64,000 nt of DNA from a virus, in IMG/VR virus record IMGVR_UViG_3300042565_001021, positions 64,001-128,000 of that record; one strand, written 5' to 3'. Made by a program: the position numbers and the translations under genes. Below, one piece after another: positions 44,877 through 53,855 of this stretch. The notes under the pieces are model-generated. The model was not told the DNA's origin. It was given only the letters and a program-made list of their open reading frames with translations, and did no database searches. Position 1 is the stretch's first letter. Each line of letters begins with the position of its first letter.

Positions 44877-45406
44877 TTCTTCTTTACCCCGCATTGTTTG
44901 TAGATTGCCTGAACGCCTTTTGCTTGCGAATAGGCATCAGCTAACGCATTGTGCGCTTGAGAGTTGCTTGTCTTGAAGGAATAGTCGCCCATGTCGCCTA
45001 CTGTGCGGCTGTCACGGATTCTCCAGTATTCCCACGGACACGGCTTGCCAAGCTGCTTATACATGTGCTGAAGAATAAGGATGTCGAACAAAGGTCCTTG
45101 TGCCCAAATCTTGTCAGCACCTACAATGTAGCGGCTAATCTGATTAGTGAACTCATCCATACTGATCCGGCCGTCCTCCCCCATGGCTTCATCTTGTGCG
45201 GCTTGTGGCTGTCGCATCCACCAGTCCATTGTGCTCGGATCAACGACCCGGCCGCGTTCAGTTTGCTCTTCTACGTCGACGCGGATATATAACGGCATGT
45301 TCGGTTCCGCATCGCTGTACGGATCAAACTTTACCGCACCGAAGGTGAGAACTACTGCGTCCTCACCTGTTGCGCAGGTTTCAAGGTCTAACATGAGTTG
45401 AGCCAT
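44873..45406 (-). CDS. DEDDh 3'-5' exonuclease
   Basis: MLDLET, W.QG..FD..IL, RDSRT, HNALADA. Confidence 0.85.
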   Translation of the reverse strand: MAQLMLDLETCATGEDAVVLTFGAVKFDPYSDAEPNMPLYIRVDVEEQTERGRVVDPSTMDWWMRQPQAAQDEAMGEDGRISMDEFTNQISRYIVGADKIWAQGPLFDILILQHMYKQLGKPCPWEYWRIRDSRTVGDMGDYSFKTSNSQAHNALADAYSQAKGVQAIYKQCGVKKK

Positions 45407-45407
45407 C

Positions 45408-45719
45408 TTAGATTACCGGCTCCAATCTCACCAAAAGTGGAAATCCATTGTTGCGAGCAAGCATCGTTACTTCAACGCCTTTTTGCTCTGCTAGCTCATA
45501 CGGCAGAACAGCAACTACAGCAGATCCGTCAACGTGGATCTTTTCGCAAATATCAGCGGCTGACTCTGGAGAATGATCGAATACCTCGACCAGGCTCATA
45601 ACTACGAATTCCATTGTCGTAGTTTCGTCGTTGATGTAGATGACGTTAAACAAGGGAGGCGGCTTTAAATCTAGCTTCGGCTTAATTTTTTCTTTAATTC
45701 CAATGTCGGCGTGTGCCAT
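45408..45719 (-). CDS. clpS: ClpS adaptor
   Basis: VIYINDETTTMEFVV..L..VF, IH.DGSAVV, AEQK, FPL. Confidence 0.9.
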   Translation of the reverse strand: MAHADIGIKEKIKPKLDLKPPPLFNVIYINDETTTMEFVVMSLVEVFDHSPESAADICEKIHVDGSAVVAVLPYELAEQKGVEVTMLARNNGFPLLVRLEPVI

Positions 45720-45750
45720 TTTGTGTTACCTGTTTTGTGAGGTGAAGGTA

Positions 45751-45990
45751 TTACAGTATGCTACAGATAAGGCGTAAAGCTTTGACTGCGGTTTCAAGGA
45801 GCCGCTTCTGCGCGTCTGTCTCGGCTGCGTCTTGGAGCTTTTTTAAGTCTAGCAGTTGATCGCTTAGGTTCTTGAATTCTTCTTCGTTAATCTGATTAGA
45901 GTTCAGTAGCGTCTTGTATCTGCTAACTCGAGCAGCGAGCTCTGCCACTTGTCTGTCTTCGTGGTTTAGAAGTTCGTTAAGGTTCATCAT
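45751..45990 (-). CDS. hypothetical helical protein
   Basis: Coupled downstream of lipoprotein gene. Confidence 0.6.
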   Translation of the reverse strand: MMNLNELLNHEDRQVAELAARVSRYKTLLNSNQINEEEFKNLSDQLLDLKKLQDAAETDAQKRLLETAVKALRLICSIL

Positions 45991-45991
45991 T

Positions 45992-46378
45992 TTAATTGTG
46001 ACTCCTTGCTCCGAGAGCATATAGAATAGTGCTGGCTGCGGTTCTCATGTTCTCAGCTGACTCTTTACAATAAACTACGCTGCCGCCTACCTTAAATCGC
46101 AACACCAAGCCTGCCATAGTCGAAGCGAACTCTTTTGATACTTCGTCTGGACGATGACCTGCGTAGATAACCGCAGTGTTCGACAGTTGCCGCATTACTT
46201 CGTGCTCTGCTCGTTCCTTGTTAGTATCTCCGCAAGCACCGTTGAGCTTAACTGCGCGATCAGACATAGACACATAGGTCATGTATTCTTGGTTGTCGAA
46301 CCTAGCAGTAAATGCTCCACACCCTGCCAGGGCAGTAACTACGGCCATAGCCGTAAGTAACTTGATATATGGTTTCAC
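45992..46378 (-). CDS. lipoprotein
   Basis: Lipobox LAGC. Confidence 0.7.
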   Translation of the reverse strand: MKPYIKLLTAMAVVTALAGCGAFTARFDNQEYMTYVSMSDRAVKLNGACGDTNKERAEHEVMRQLSNTAVIYAGHRPDEVSKEFASTMAGLVLRFKVGGSVVYCKESAENMRTAASTILYALGARSHN

Positions 46379-46453
46379 CTAATTCTCCTTATATAACATA
46401 CTACGGGATTTGCCGTAGTAAGTCAATCTTTTTGGTTAATATTTCTGTTTTGG

Positions 46454-47041
46454 TTATATCTCTTCAAACAAGGTCTCAGCATACCAAACCCACCCTTGGC
46501 CACGATTATTTACATCTTCTGAAAAGTAATTCTTACCTGGACCCAACTTAGTTGATTCGAACATGTAACATAAGTCTGGATCATTGATCGGCTCTACTAG
46601 CTTGGTCTTTTCTCCAGTTATCTTATTCAATACAGACGGAGTAGCCATTCCATATTTTCCTAACGAATTGATTAACTCTTGCCCTCCGGCGAAAATAGCT
46701 CCATCTGCTATAACTGGATCCTTAGCAAATTCTTTAACTGCGTAGAGTAACCATTTAATCGCTGAAGTTTTTCTAAAGGTTGGAACTATGTAAATTAGAT
46801 CAATATGAGAATAAATGTTGCCTAGTAGCCTGTCTCGACTAATCTTAACAAACCCTATTAACAATGCCTGATCTTTTTTAAGAATCAAGTATTTGTCTTT
46901 TTCCCAAAGCGATAATGTTTCTGAGACCTCAGTTATTTTTACAGCATCGTCTATCTCGGCATTGATGAACTGATGATCTACTTTATCATCTGGAAATTCC
47001 CCGAACTGCGTTGCTTCGGGCGTAAACTCATTCGACTTCAT
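46454..47041 (-). CDS. putative capsid-internal GNAT-like protein
   Basis: Leader MKSNEFTPE; IDLIYIVPTFRK. Confidence 0.65.
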   Translation of the reverse strand: MKSNEFTPEATQFGEFPDDKVDHQFINAEIDDAVKITEVSETLSLWEKDKYLILKKDQALLIGFVKISRDRLLGNIYSHIDLIYIVPTFRKTSAIKWLLYAVKEFAKDPVIADGAIFAGGQELINSLGKYGMATPSVLNKITGEKTKLVEPINDPDLCYMFESTKLGPGKNYFSEDVNNRGQGWVWYAETLFEEI

Positions 47042-47286
47042 TAATATTTCTGTTTTGGTAAAGAATCGCCTGCCAACTTACGTTCCCAACGCTTCTTAGC
47101 TTGGCTAGCAGCCCGCTTTCTTTTGGTCGTCGGTTTTTCGTAAGACTCGCGCTCGCGCAGTTCAATCATTAAACCGCTGTCTTGTATCTTGTTTCTAAAC
47201 TTGCGCATTGCTGCTTCAAACTTGCCTTCAGCGACATACACCTTCGATCCTGGCGCCATCGGCGGCACATAGTTATTTTGAGACAT
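47041..47286 (-). CDS. rpsU: ribosomal protein bS21
   Basis: FEAAMRKFR.K....G...ELRERESYEKPTTKRKR. Confidence 0.9.
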   Translation of the reverse strand: MSQNNYVPPMAPGSKVYVAEGKFEAAMRKFRNKIQDSGLMIELRERESYEKPTTKRKRAASQAKKRWERKLAGDSLPKQKY

Positions 47287-47656
47287 TCTTATCCTTTAAG
47301 GTAAATTGCGCGAAAAAATCTATCGGCTTTTCAATTTTGTTATTATTCATTATAAACTTCTTTTGACCATAATAAAAGTTTTTTGGGTTAACTACTAGCC
47401 GGTCTTTTATCTCGCTGCAAACAGTATTTACGGTGTTCACTATAACCGTGTTAGATTTCTCAACCACTTTGTTTAGCCATTCTTCGTCGTTCATCTCTGC
47501 CCGATAAAGATACACGTTGAACTGGCGTTCCGAATACTGTAAGAAAAGTGCTAAGTCGTCAACTTCTTCCAATGTAGGGTCGATGACGACTACACTATAC
47601 GCTCGTCCTTTTACAACATCAGGTGGAGTAACTAATTTACTTAGGCGTTTGTTCAT
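47273..47656 (-). CDS. hypothetical protein
   Basis: LVTPPD...FNVYLY....DEEWL. Confidence 0.65.
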   Translation of the reverse strand: MNKRLSKLVTPPDVVKGRAYSVVVIDPTLEEVDDLALFLQYSERQFNVYLYRAEMNDEEWLNKVVEKSNTVIVNTVNTVCSEIKDRLVVNPKNFYYGQKKFIMNNNKIEKPIDFFAQFTLKDKNVSK

Positions 47657-49229
47657 TTAAATACGCTGCGATCTGATCTTGTTCAGTTTGACTAAGATCG
47701 TCAATGTCGTACTCTCCGCTTTCGACTTTAGAAAGCAAAAGCTTGATATACTCTTTATCGTAAGCATAAGTGTCAGTAACGTTTTTATCAACCTGGAACC
47801 AGTTTTCACCGCTCCATTTAAATAATGTGCTAGGAACCATATCAACACGCAAGAACAAGTCTCCGGCCTCAGGATCTTTCGGGAATGTTACTCCAAAGTG
47901 GGCATTACCTCCCTTAGGGAAATTTTCAGGTAATCCTTCTAACGGTGGAAGAACTATTTTATGCTTTGCTGGAAACTGCGGCAGTGGCTGAGGATCCGCA
48001 CTTACAGTAAGGCTGGTCACCTCGGGCGTTTGTTCGTCTGTCGGGAGCGTTTCCAGCAAATTCGCTGCGTTGTTTTGAATAATAGCCGAAATCTCTTTAC
48101 TTTCTCCAGGTTGTTCAAGGATAAGCTCTACTGCTTTTTCTAAATCTCCGTTAAGACGCGCAATTTCTGCGTCACGAGCTGCTATTGCTTCCTCGGCCTT
48201 TTGCTGCTCTACTGCCTGTTCAGCAGCAATCTGAATAATCTCTGCTTGCCGGGCCTGCTCTGCCTCTGCGGCACACTCGGCTCGGGTTGCTGCGATTGCT
48301 TCTTCAACAAGCTTTAGCATCTCATCTTCGGATGGGGAAGGAATAGGTTCCGGTGGTAGCATGAGAGCAACAGGAACAGAATCCGCCTGAGCCTGTAATG
48401 CTGCTAGCTCTGCTGCCTCTTTTGTTTCTTCGATCTGCTCAATTATTTCGTCGTGCTTCTTTTTACGCCTATCAAGCTTAGACCAGTCAATAGACGAGGT
48501 TGCTGCTAGGATTAGAACAATGGCAAGTGGATCAAACACAAACACAATGATTATGATTACCCACCGAACGGCCGATTCTAATAGATTATGATCAGGGTTG
48601 TCGCCGTAAATTAGCGCAGCCACGTACCTAATAGGCCCGACCTCCGCTTCTACTTTACGGAACTGACTTGCGACTGGCGCTCGTTCTTCTTGTAGTTTCG
48701 TGATTGTCTTTTGCGCGGCATCAATGTCTTTCTGTAATGCTGCGCGTTCTTTAGCTTGCGACCTGCGCAAGTTAGCTGACCTAGTAGCACCGGTGTCATC
48801 GGTCGTTCTGGCCATTGTTTGATCAACTGCGCTGTCAAGCTGAACTAGTGCCTTACGCGCCGAGGCGATGTTGTCTTTTTGTGTTAGTATCTTCTCATCG
48901 TATAACGCAACTTGGGCCTGTATGTCACCAGACGGCACAGCTTGTTCTAAGTGGGCTTTTGAAAGGAATCCGAAGATACCCATTGAGGTAATGAACATCA
49001 ACACGCCAACAGCAACCGTTAGATAGGATTTGATTTTCCAATCGGCACGTGACCAGTTGTAGTGTAACCAAACTGTAGAAACAACTTTGCCGAGTTCTAA
49101 TGCTATTCCCATAACGATAATAGGAATAACAGCCGCGGCAAAGATTGCTGTGAGACCGACTACTGAATACCAAGCGGCAATGAAAGATATCGAAAGAGCC
49201 GTTAAAAGAGTTATAAGACCTAGAATCAA
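47637..49229 (-). CDS. multi-pass membrane coiled-coil protein
   Basis: AAWYSVVGL, LELGK, ITSMGIFGFLSKAH, EAEVGPI.Y, FDPLA; probable TTG start after GGAG. Confidence 0.8.
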   Translation of the reverse strand: MILGLITLLTALSISFIAAWYSVVGLTAIFAAAVIPIIVMGIALELGKVVSTVWLHYNWSRADWKIKSYLTVAVGVLMFITSMGIFGFLSKAHLEQAVPSGDIQAQVALYDEKILTQKDNIASARKALVQLDSAVDQTMARTTDDTGATRSANLRRSQAKERAALQKDIDAAQKTITKLQEERAPVASQFRKVEAEVGPIRYVAALIYGDNPDHNLLESAVRWVIIIIVFVFDPLAIVLILAATSSIDWSKLDRRKKKHDEIIEQIEETKEAAELAALQAQADSVPVALMLPPEPIPSPSEDEMLKLVEEAIAATRAECAAEAEQARQAEIIQIAAEQAVEQQKAEEAIAARDAEIARLNGDLEKAVELILEQPGESKEISAIIQNNAANLLETLPTDEQTPEVTSLTVSADPQPLPQFPAKHKIVLPPLEGLPENFPKGGNAHFGVTFPKDPEAGDLFLRVDMVPSTLFKWSGENWFQVDKNVTDTYAYDKEYIKLLLSKVESGEYDIDDLSQTEQDQIAAYLNEQTPK

Positions 49230-49248
49230 AAGTAATGCTCCAAAAAAG

Positions 49249-49334
49249 ATAAATAATAGTGCAGTTCGCGATACGCAAATATCCAACTGCCTTAGTCATC
49301 CTTGGGAGGATATATGACCAACACTACTATTTAT
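49249..49334 (+). promoter_or_regulatory. late promoter plus conserved structured leader (copy 4)
   Basis: TAAATA; GCAGTT-CGC-GATA/TATC-C-AACTGC; GGAGG. Confidence 0.75.
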
Positions 49335-49880
49335 GATAACACTACTGCCACAAAAACACAAGAGTTTAAGCCAACTTACCTATACATAAAACAGCATAAT
49401 GTTACCGGATTGAAGTATTTCGGTAAAACCATTAGTAGCGATCCTGTTAAATATAAAGGTTCTGGGTTAATGTGGAAAAGACACCTTAAGAAACACGGAA
49501 ATAACGTTACAACTACTTGGTTGAGGTTGTTTACTGATCAAAAAGAGTTAACTGAATTTGCTCTCGACTTTTCAAAAGAAAATAACATTATCGAATCCAA
49601 GGAATGGGCAAACTTATTATTTGAAGATGGAGTTGCCGGCGGGTTTGGTGGTCATACTATTAAAGGTAGAAAGTTAGGTCCTATGTCTGAAGAACATAAA
49701 AGAGCACTATCTATTGCTAATCGTGGAAAAGGTCGCCCACCTATTTCAGAAGAAACCAGAGTTAAAATGTCAGCAGCAAGAAAAGGGAAGCCGGCTGCAA
49801 ATGCCGGAAAGAAGCACTCCGAAGAAGCCAGGCGCAAAATATCTGAGGCCAGAAAAAGATACCTTAGTAAGGTCTTATAA
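49314..49880 (+). CDS. GIY-YIG (Seg-like) homing endonuclease with NUMOD3-like repeats
   Basis: YLYIKQH..TGLKYFGKT, YKGSG, WANL..E.G, HSEEARRKIS. Confidence 0.85.
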   Translation: MTNTTIYDNTTATKTQEFKPTYLYIKQHNVTGLKYFGKTISSDPVKYKGSGLMWKRHLKKHGNNVTTTWLRLFTDQKELTEFALDFSKENNIIESKEWANLLFEDGVAGGFGGHTIKGRKLGPMSEEHKRALSIANRGKGRPPISEETRVKMSAARKGKPAANAGKKHSEEARRKISEARKRYLSKVL

Positions 49881-49916
49881 TTTCCGGGGGCGACCGTAAC
49901 TCAAATATTACGGCGA

Positions 49917-50270
49917 TTATACCTGCCAAGGTCTACCAAGAGTAGGAGCAACCAAACCGGTGTTTAGCACGTTGAGTGGGCGGTGGTCGTAGTTGGTTGG
50001 CCAAACTGGTTCGGCCGCAGCAGTTGTTCCGGCGACCGTGCACTTGTAGTAATGACCGTTTGATGGTACTCGGACATACTCGTTTAACAGGTATGCTGTA
50101 GAGACTTTCCAATCTCTAAAAGTAGTAGGGACGAATACTTGAAACTGCCAGGTTGTGCCTCCGCTAACTACCATAGGTAGGGCTGCTGATCGTGCGGCAT
50201 CAGCCAAAGCCAACTTAGCTGTCCTGCGGTCTGCTTTGTCGACGAGATGAGAAATTCCGTTGCTTGACAT
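49917..50270 (-). CDS. late small protein with CBM5/12-like module
   Basis: WKVSTAY...V....GHYYKCTVAGTT...EP.WP; TAAATA near 50290. Confidence 0.6.
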   Translation of the reverse strand: MSSNGISHLVDKADRRTAKLALADAARSAALPMVVSGGTTWQFQVFVPTTFRDWKVSTAYLLNEYVRVPSNGHYYKCTVAGTTAAAEPVWPTNYDHRPLNVLNTGLVAPTLGRPWQV

Positions 50271-50592
50271 ACTGTAAGTCTCCTTACAGTATTTATCCTG
50301 ACGGAAGAGTTACTGCTTAGTTCGCGCGGAGTTGTTCGATTTCGACATAGGCGCACTTGCGCACGTTAACCGCTTCGATTACAGCGTCGTCGAACGGATT
50401 GTCGTATATGGAGATCAAGTCCTGATACAGTTCCATGATCTCAGCCTCATCAACGTTGGCGTCAGTGATCTGGTGTATGAGTTTGTGTGCCATTTTGGAT
50501 CTCCGGTTGTTTTCTTACTATGAATACATTATACTACCATTTGCCAAAAAGGTCAACTGGTATTTTACGCTAGTATTTAGCTGAAAATCCCT

Positions 50593-50898
50593 TTATTTGC
50601 GCTGAGTTAGCACGATCATCATCTGTAACTTGCTGGCTTTATCGAGCATTCCATTAATGTAGTCGCCCCATTCTCTTTCTAGGCGCTTACGCTTTTCCTT
50701 TACAGCAGGAGGTCCAGGACGATGTAACATGTTACAATACCTTGTCCAATGATGTAGGTGCTCGACGTCAATGCGAAACAGAATGGCTTGAACCTTTCTG
50801 TAATCTTCGTATGCGTCTTGATCGTAAATTGGACCAGCAAGTGAGAACATTGTTTTCACGTGCGGCCATTCTCGAGGATGATTGATGTAACGTTCCAC
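50593..50898 (-). CDS. hypothetical protein
   Basis: ORF in operon. Confidence 0.5.
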   Translation of the reverse strand: MERYINHPREWPHVKTMFSLAGPIYDQDAYEDYRKVQAILFRIDVEHLHHWTRYCNMLHRPGPPAVKEKRKRLEREWGDYINGMLDKASKLQMMIVLTQRK

Positions 50899-50900
50899 GT

Positions 50901-51227
50901 TTACTTGATCTTGTTAGCCAGGATACCGAACGTCAAGTACTTCTCAACGTCATCTTTGAAATACGGAAATATCGAGAACAGCTGGAATGCGTCGACCTCG
51001 GTATACTTGCCACGATTCGCAGCATCCTTCGACCGCATTACCTTGTCTTGCTCGTTTTGTCCGGCCCACCCTTTGCCGTACCGCTTGAACTGGAGCGTCT
51101 TACCGCGAGCACCCCAACCTGCGTAATAAACGCCGTCGACCTCGAACGCAGTCCACACCTTGTCGTGCTTGCTGCCGTCGCGATCAGTCTTGTTACACCA
51201 GCCAATGAATCGATAGTTGATTTCCAT
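50901..51227 (-). CDS. WGR-domain-like protein
   Basis: HDKVW...YAGWGARGKTLQ. Confidence 0.65.
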   Translation of the reverse strand: MEINYRFIGWCNKTDRDGSKHDKVWTAFEVDGVYYAGWGARGKTLQFKRYGKGWAGQNEQDKVMRSKDAANRGKYTEVDAFQLFSIFPYFKDDVEKYLTFGILANKIK

Positions 51228-51430
51228 GTTACTTTCTTTTAAAAGTTATTGTTGACGAGGTCCTGGATATTCCGCAATGCTAGCGAAGCGTCGCTGCTGT
51301 TGCGTGACATCCTGCCCCATTCGCACCAAGCGTTAATTCGAACGTTGATGTTCTCTTCGGTGTCCTCGGCTATTTCACGCAGCCCAAGGAAAATCGCTTT
51401 TTGTTCGGTCATTCCCATGTTAGTTCATCC

Positions 51431-51643
51431 TCACTTCGGGGCCTTATACGGAGTAAAGTCCCCGAATTCTTTATCGAGCGCACCATTAACGTAGCCGCGC
51501 AGTCCGTAGGTCATGTTAAGTGACTTGTACCACTTCTCCTCTTTACACCGAGCCGCCCACCACTTGTCATAGGCTGCTTGACTGTCGTAGAGCTTGTGTT
51601 TGCTCTTTGAGCCGTAAAAGTAAATTTCGATCTTGTAGCTCAT
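51431..51643 (-). CDS. hypothetical protein
   Basis: ORF in operon. Confidence 0.5.
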   Translation of the reverse strand: MSYKIEIYFYGSKSKHKLYDSQAAYDKWWAARCKEEKWYKSLNMTYGLRGYVNGALDKEFGDFTPYKAPK

Positions 51644-51797
51644 TCTGGGACGCACCTAGCAGTAGGAACAGCAAGGAGGCGTTTTGCTTCTTCACACGCT
51701 GCCGGCGAGCTAAACTCTCCAACGTTTACCCATCCTGTGTGAACAGAATACCGCTCAGCAGCAAGAACCTGCCAAATAAACAGAATCGTAATCGTTG

Positions 51798-52133
51798 TCA
51801 TAGTTTCACTCCGAGTGCCTTGATTTCATCCGGGTCAAGCTTGGAAAGTGCCCGCGCCTTTAATTCTTCCTTGCGACGTTTGGCTTCTTCTCGTTGTGCG
51901 TGTCGTTCTGCGCGGGCTTGGGCCTCGGCCGCAGCTTTCGCATCGGCTTCTTTATGCTTCTTCCACCAGTTGCGCACTTCCTCGTCGCCGAGCAGAATAA
52001 AGTCTTCAACTCCTTGGCGTTCGAGCTCTTGCATTGCTTTACAGGCAATACGAGCAAGGCGATCGATTTGTTCTTGGTCAGCAGCCGATCGTTGGCTACT
52101 AGGAAAGTCATCTTCGTAACTTCTGCAAGGCAT
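51798..52133 (-). CDS. hypothetical protein
   Basis: MPC...WWKKHKEAD...ALSKL..DE..ALG. Confidence 0.7.
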   Translation of the reverse strand: MPCRSYEDDFPSSQRSAADQEQIDRLARIACKAMQELERQGVEDFILLGDEEVRNWWKKHKEADAKAAAEAQARAERHAQREEAKRRKEELKARALSKLDPDEIKALGVKL

Positions 52134-52381
52134 GATGTTTTTCGATTCTGTTTTGTTAGCGTGTTTTACATTATACGCTGAAGTTGGTTAAAGGTCAACC
52201 AAATTCATTTCATCAACCCACACGGGTCAGAAATCTTTGCGTTGGAAGCCGCAGTCTTCGCCCAGTTCTGCACAAACGCCTGGGCGTCGGCGAGCTCTTT
52301 GGTTTCTTGCGCAGTAAGCTTCCAGACTTTCTTGCGTTCGGTAAGCTTCAGGCAGGTTGCAGCAGCGGTCATAATGTCCAT

Positions 52382-52579
52382 TTAATGGCCTTTCCTTTCG
52401 GCTAGCACTTTCTTGAATGCCTTATTCGTCAGGTTAAACACTTTCTGGGAATCTGTTTCGTAAATGAACGCAACTAGGTCAAAGTCCATCCCGTAGAACG
52501 GGCTATTCATCGAACCGGACATGTGGTTATGGTAGGCGTCTTCCGCCATCCGTTCAATTACGTGGCTTATGAGTTTCAT
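52382..52579 (-). CDS. hypothetical protein
   Basis: ORF in operon. Confidence 0.5.
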   Translation of the reverse strand: MKLISHVIERMAEDAYHNHMSGSMNSPFYGMDFDLVAFIYETDSQKVFNLTNKAFKKVLAERKGH

Positions 52580-52580
52580 T

Positions 52581-53090
52581 TTATCCCTCGTTCTGCATTG
52601 CGTTGATCATGTGCTGACGCGCAGGATTCTCCATCGCGCAGCGGGCCACGAACTTGTTCAGCTCGTCGGTGCGCGTCTGTTCGGCGTCGCCCTCGGCTTC
52701 CATGCGCTGCATTTCGCGCTCCGCGTTCATCGCCTCCGCGGCGTTGCCGACATCAACCGCAGGAGCAGCGACCGGAGCAGCCTTAGCTTTCGCTTCAGCA
52801 GCCAGGGCCAGTTGCTTCCAGTACACGCCGATGCGCATGTTACCGCACTTCATCGGCTTGCGCCAGTAAGCGATCTGCTTGGCAGTCAAGTAGCCTTTGC
52901 GCAGGTAGAACTGCGCCATCGAAGTGCCCATCCGCGCATGGCACGGGCGGAAACCTTCGCCGTTCAAGTATTTGGTGTTTTCTTGCGCCTGCTCGTCACG
53001 CGTCTGATGCTCGTTCAGGACGACCAGCGCCCTTGCTACGGCCTTGTCGTTCTCGCGCAGTAGCTTGCACAAGGTGTCTTTGTTAAGCAT
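52581..53090 (-). CDS. early hypothetical protein
   Basis: RALV...QT.DEQ....T...NG.GF...LT.KQ...Y..QL; follows class B promoter. Confidence 0.75.
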   Translation of the reverse strand: MLNKDTLCKLLRENDKAVARALVVLNEHQTRDEQAQENTKYLNGEGFRPCHARMGTSMAQFYLRKGYLTAKQIAYWRKPMKCGNMRIGVYWKQLALAAEAKAKAAPVAAPAVDVGNAAEAMNAEREMQRMEAEGDAEQTRTDELNKFVARCAMENPARQHMINAMQNEG

Positions 53091-53576
53091 TTTGTTGCTC
53101 CGTATCGTTAGCGTATGAGCGTATTATACAGCCATTTTGCCAAAAGGTCAACCTTTTTCTTCCTCGAACATTTCGACTGGAAACAGGTATCCGTGCACCG
53201 GTACATGGCGGACACGCTTGGCGCTAAAGTAGCAAACCTCCGGGAAGTACGAGCGAAAGACGGACTGCATGATGTAGGTCGCTTCGACGCCGTAGCGCCG
53301 CAGAATCTCGGCGCGTTTGAAATATTCTTTGTCCCACCATGCGCCCGTGCGTGGCACTTGCATGTCACGCAGGATTTGCGGCTTCGGAGTGTACTTGAAC
53401 ATTCTTAGCAGCGGGCAGTGAGTTGCTTGGGCGCTGCGAAAGTGGTGTTGCAAACGGTAACCTTCACGCCTTCAGCGTTGAAGTAGGAAGTGTATTTCGG
53501 GGCCTTTGCGGCTTTGGTAGCGCCCGGCTTTGTTAACTTCACTTCGCGCATCTTGGGCATTTTGTTGCTCCGTTGT

Positions 53577-53837
53577 GTTATTCAATAAAGCTATTATACA
53601 GCCTTTTACCAAAAAGTCAACCAAAACTTGCGCAGTGTCAGAAGTGAATTCTCTTTAAAATCAACAACTTGTAAGTCATTGATTCTACACAGGGTAGCGA
53701 GTGCGGCGGAATAGGCGACGTAAGTCATTGATTTATATAGGCCAGATTTTTGTAAGTCATTGATTTATAAAGGCCATTTATCTCACGTTTTGGTTGACTT
53801 TTTGGCAAAAGAGCGTATAATAGCTTTATTGAATAAC
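53577..53837. promoter_or_regulatory. divergent pair of class A early promoters flanking four IHF-like sites
   Basis: Inverted promoter copies at 53577-53624 (-) and 53792-53837 (+); TAAGTCATTGATT at 53672, 53721, 53753 and AATCAACAACTTG at 53659. Confidence 0.8.
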
Positions 53838-53855
53838 GCAACGGAGTAAAAGCAA

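Noticed and set aside
53659-53776. CRISPR mini-array
   Set aside because: Repeats are 13-25 bp with 7-36 bp irregular spacing, match the IHF consensus, and no cas genes are present.
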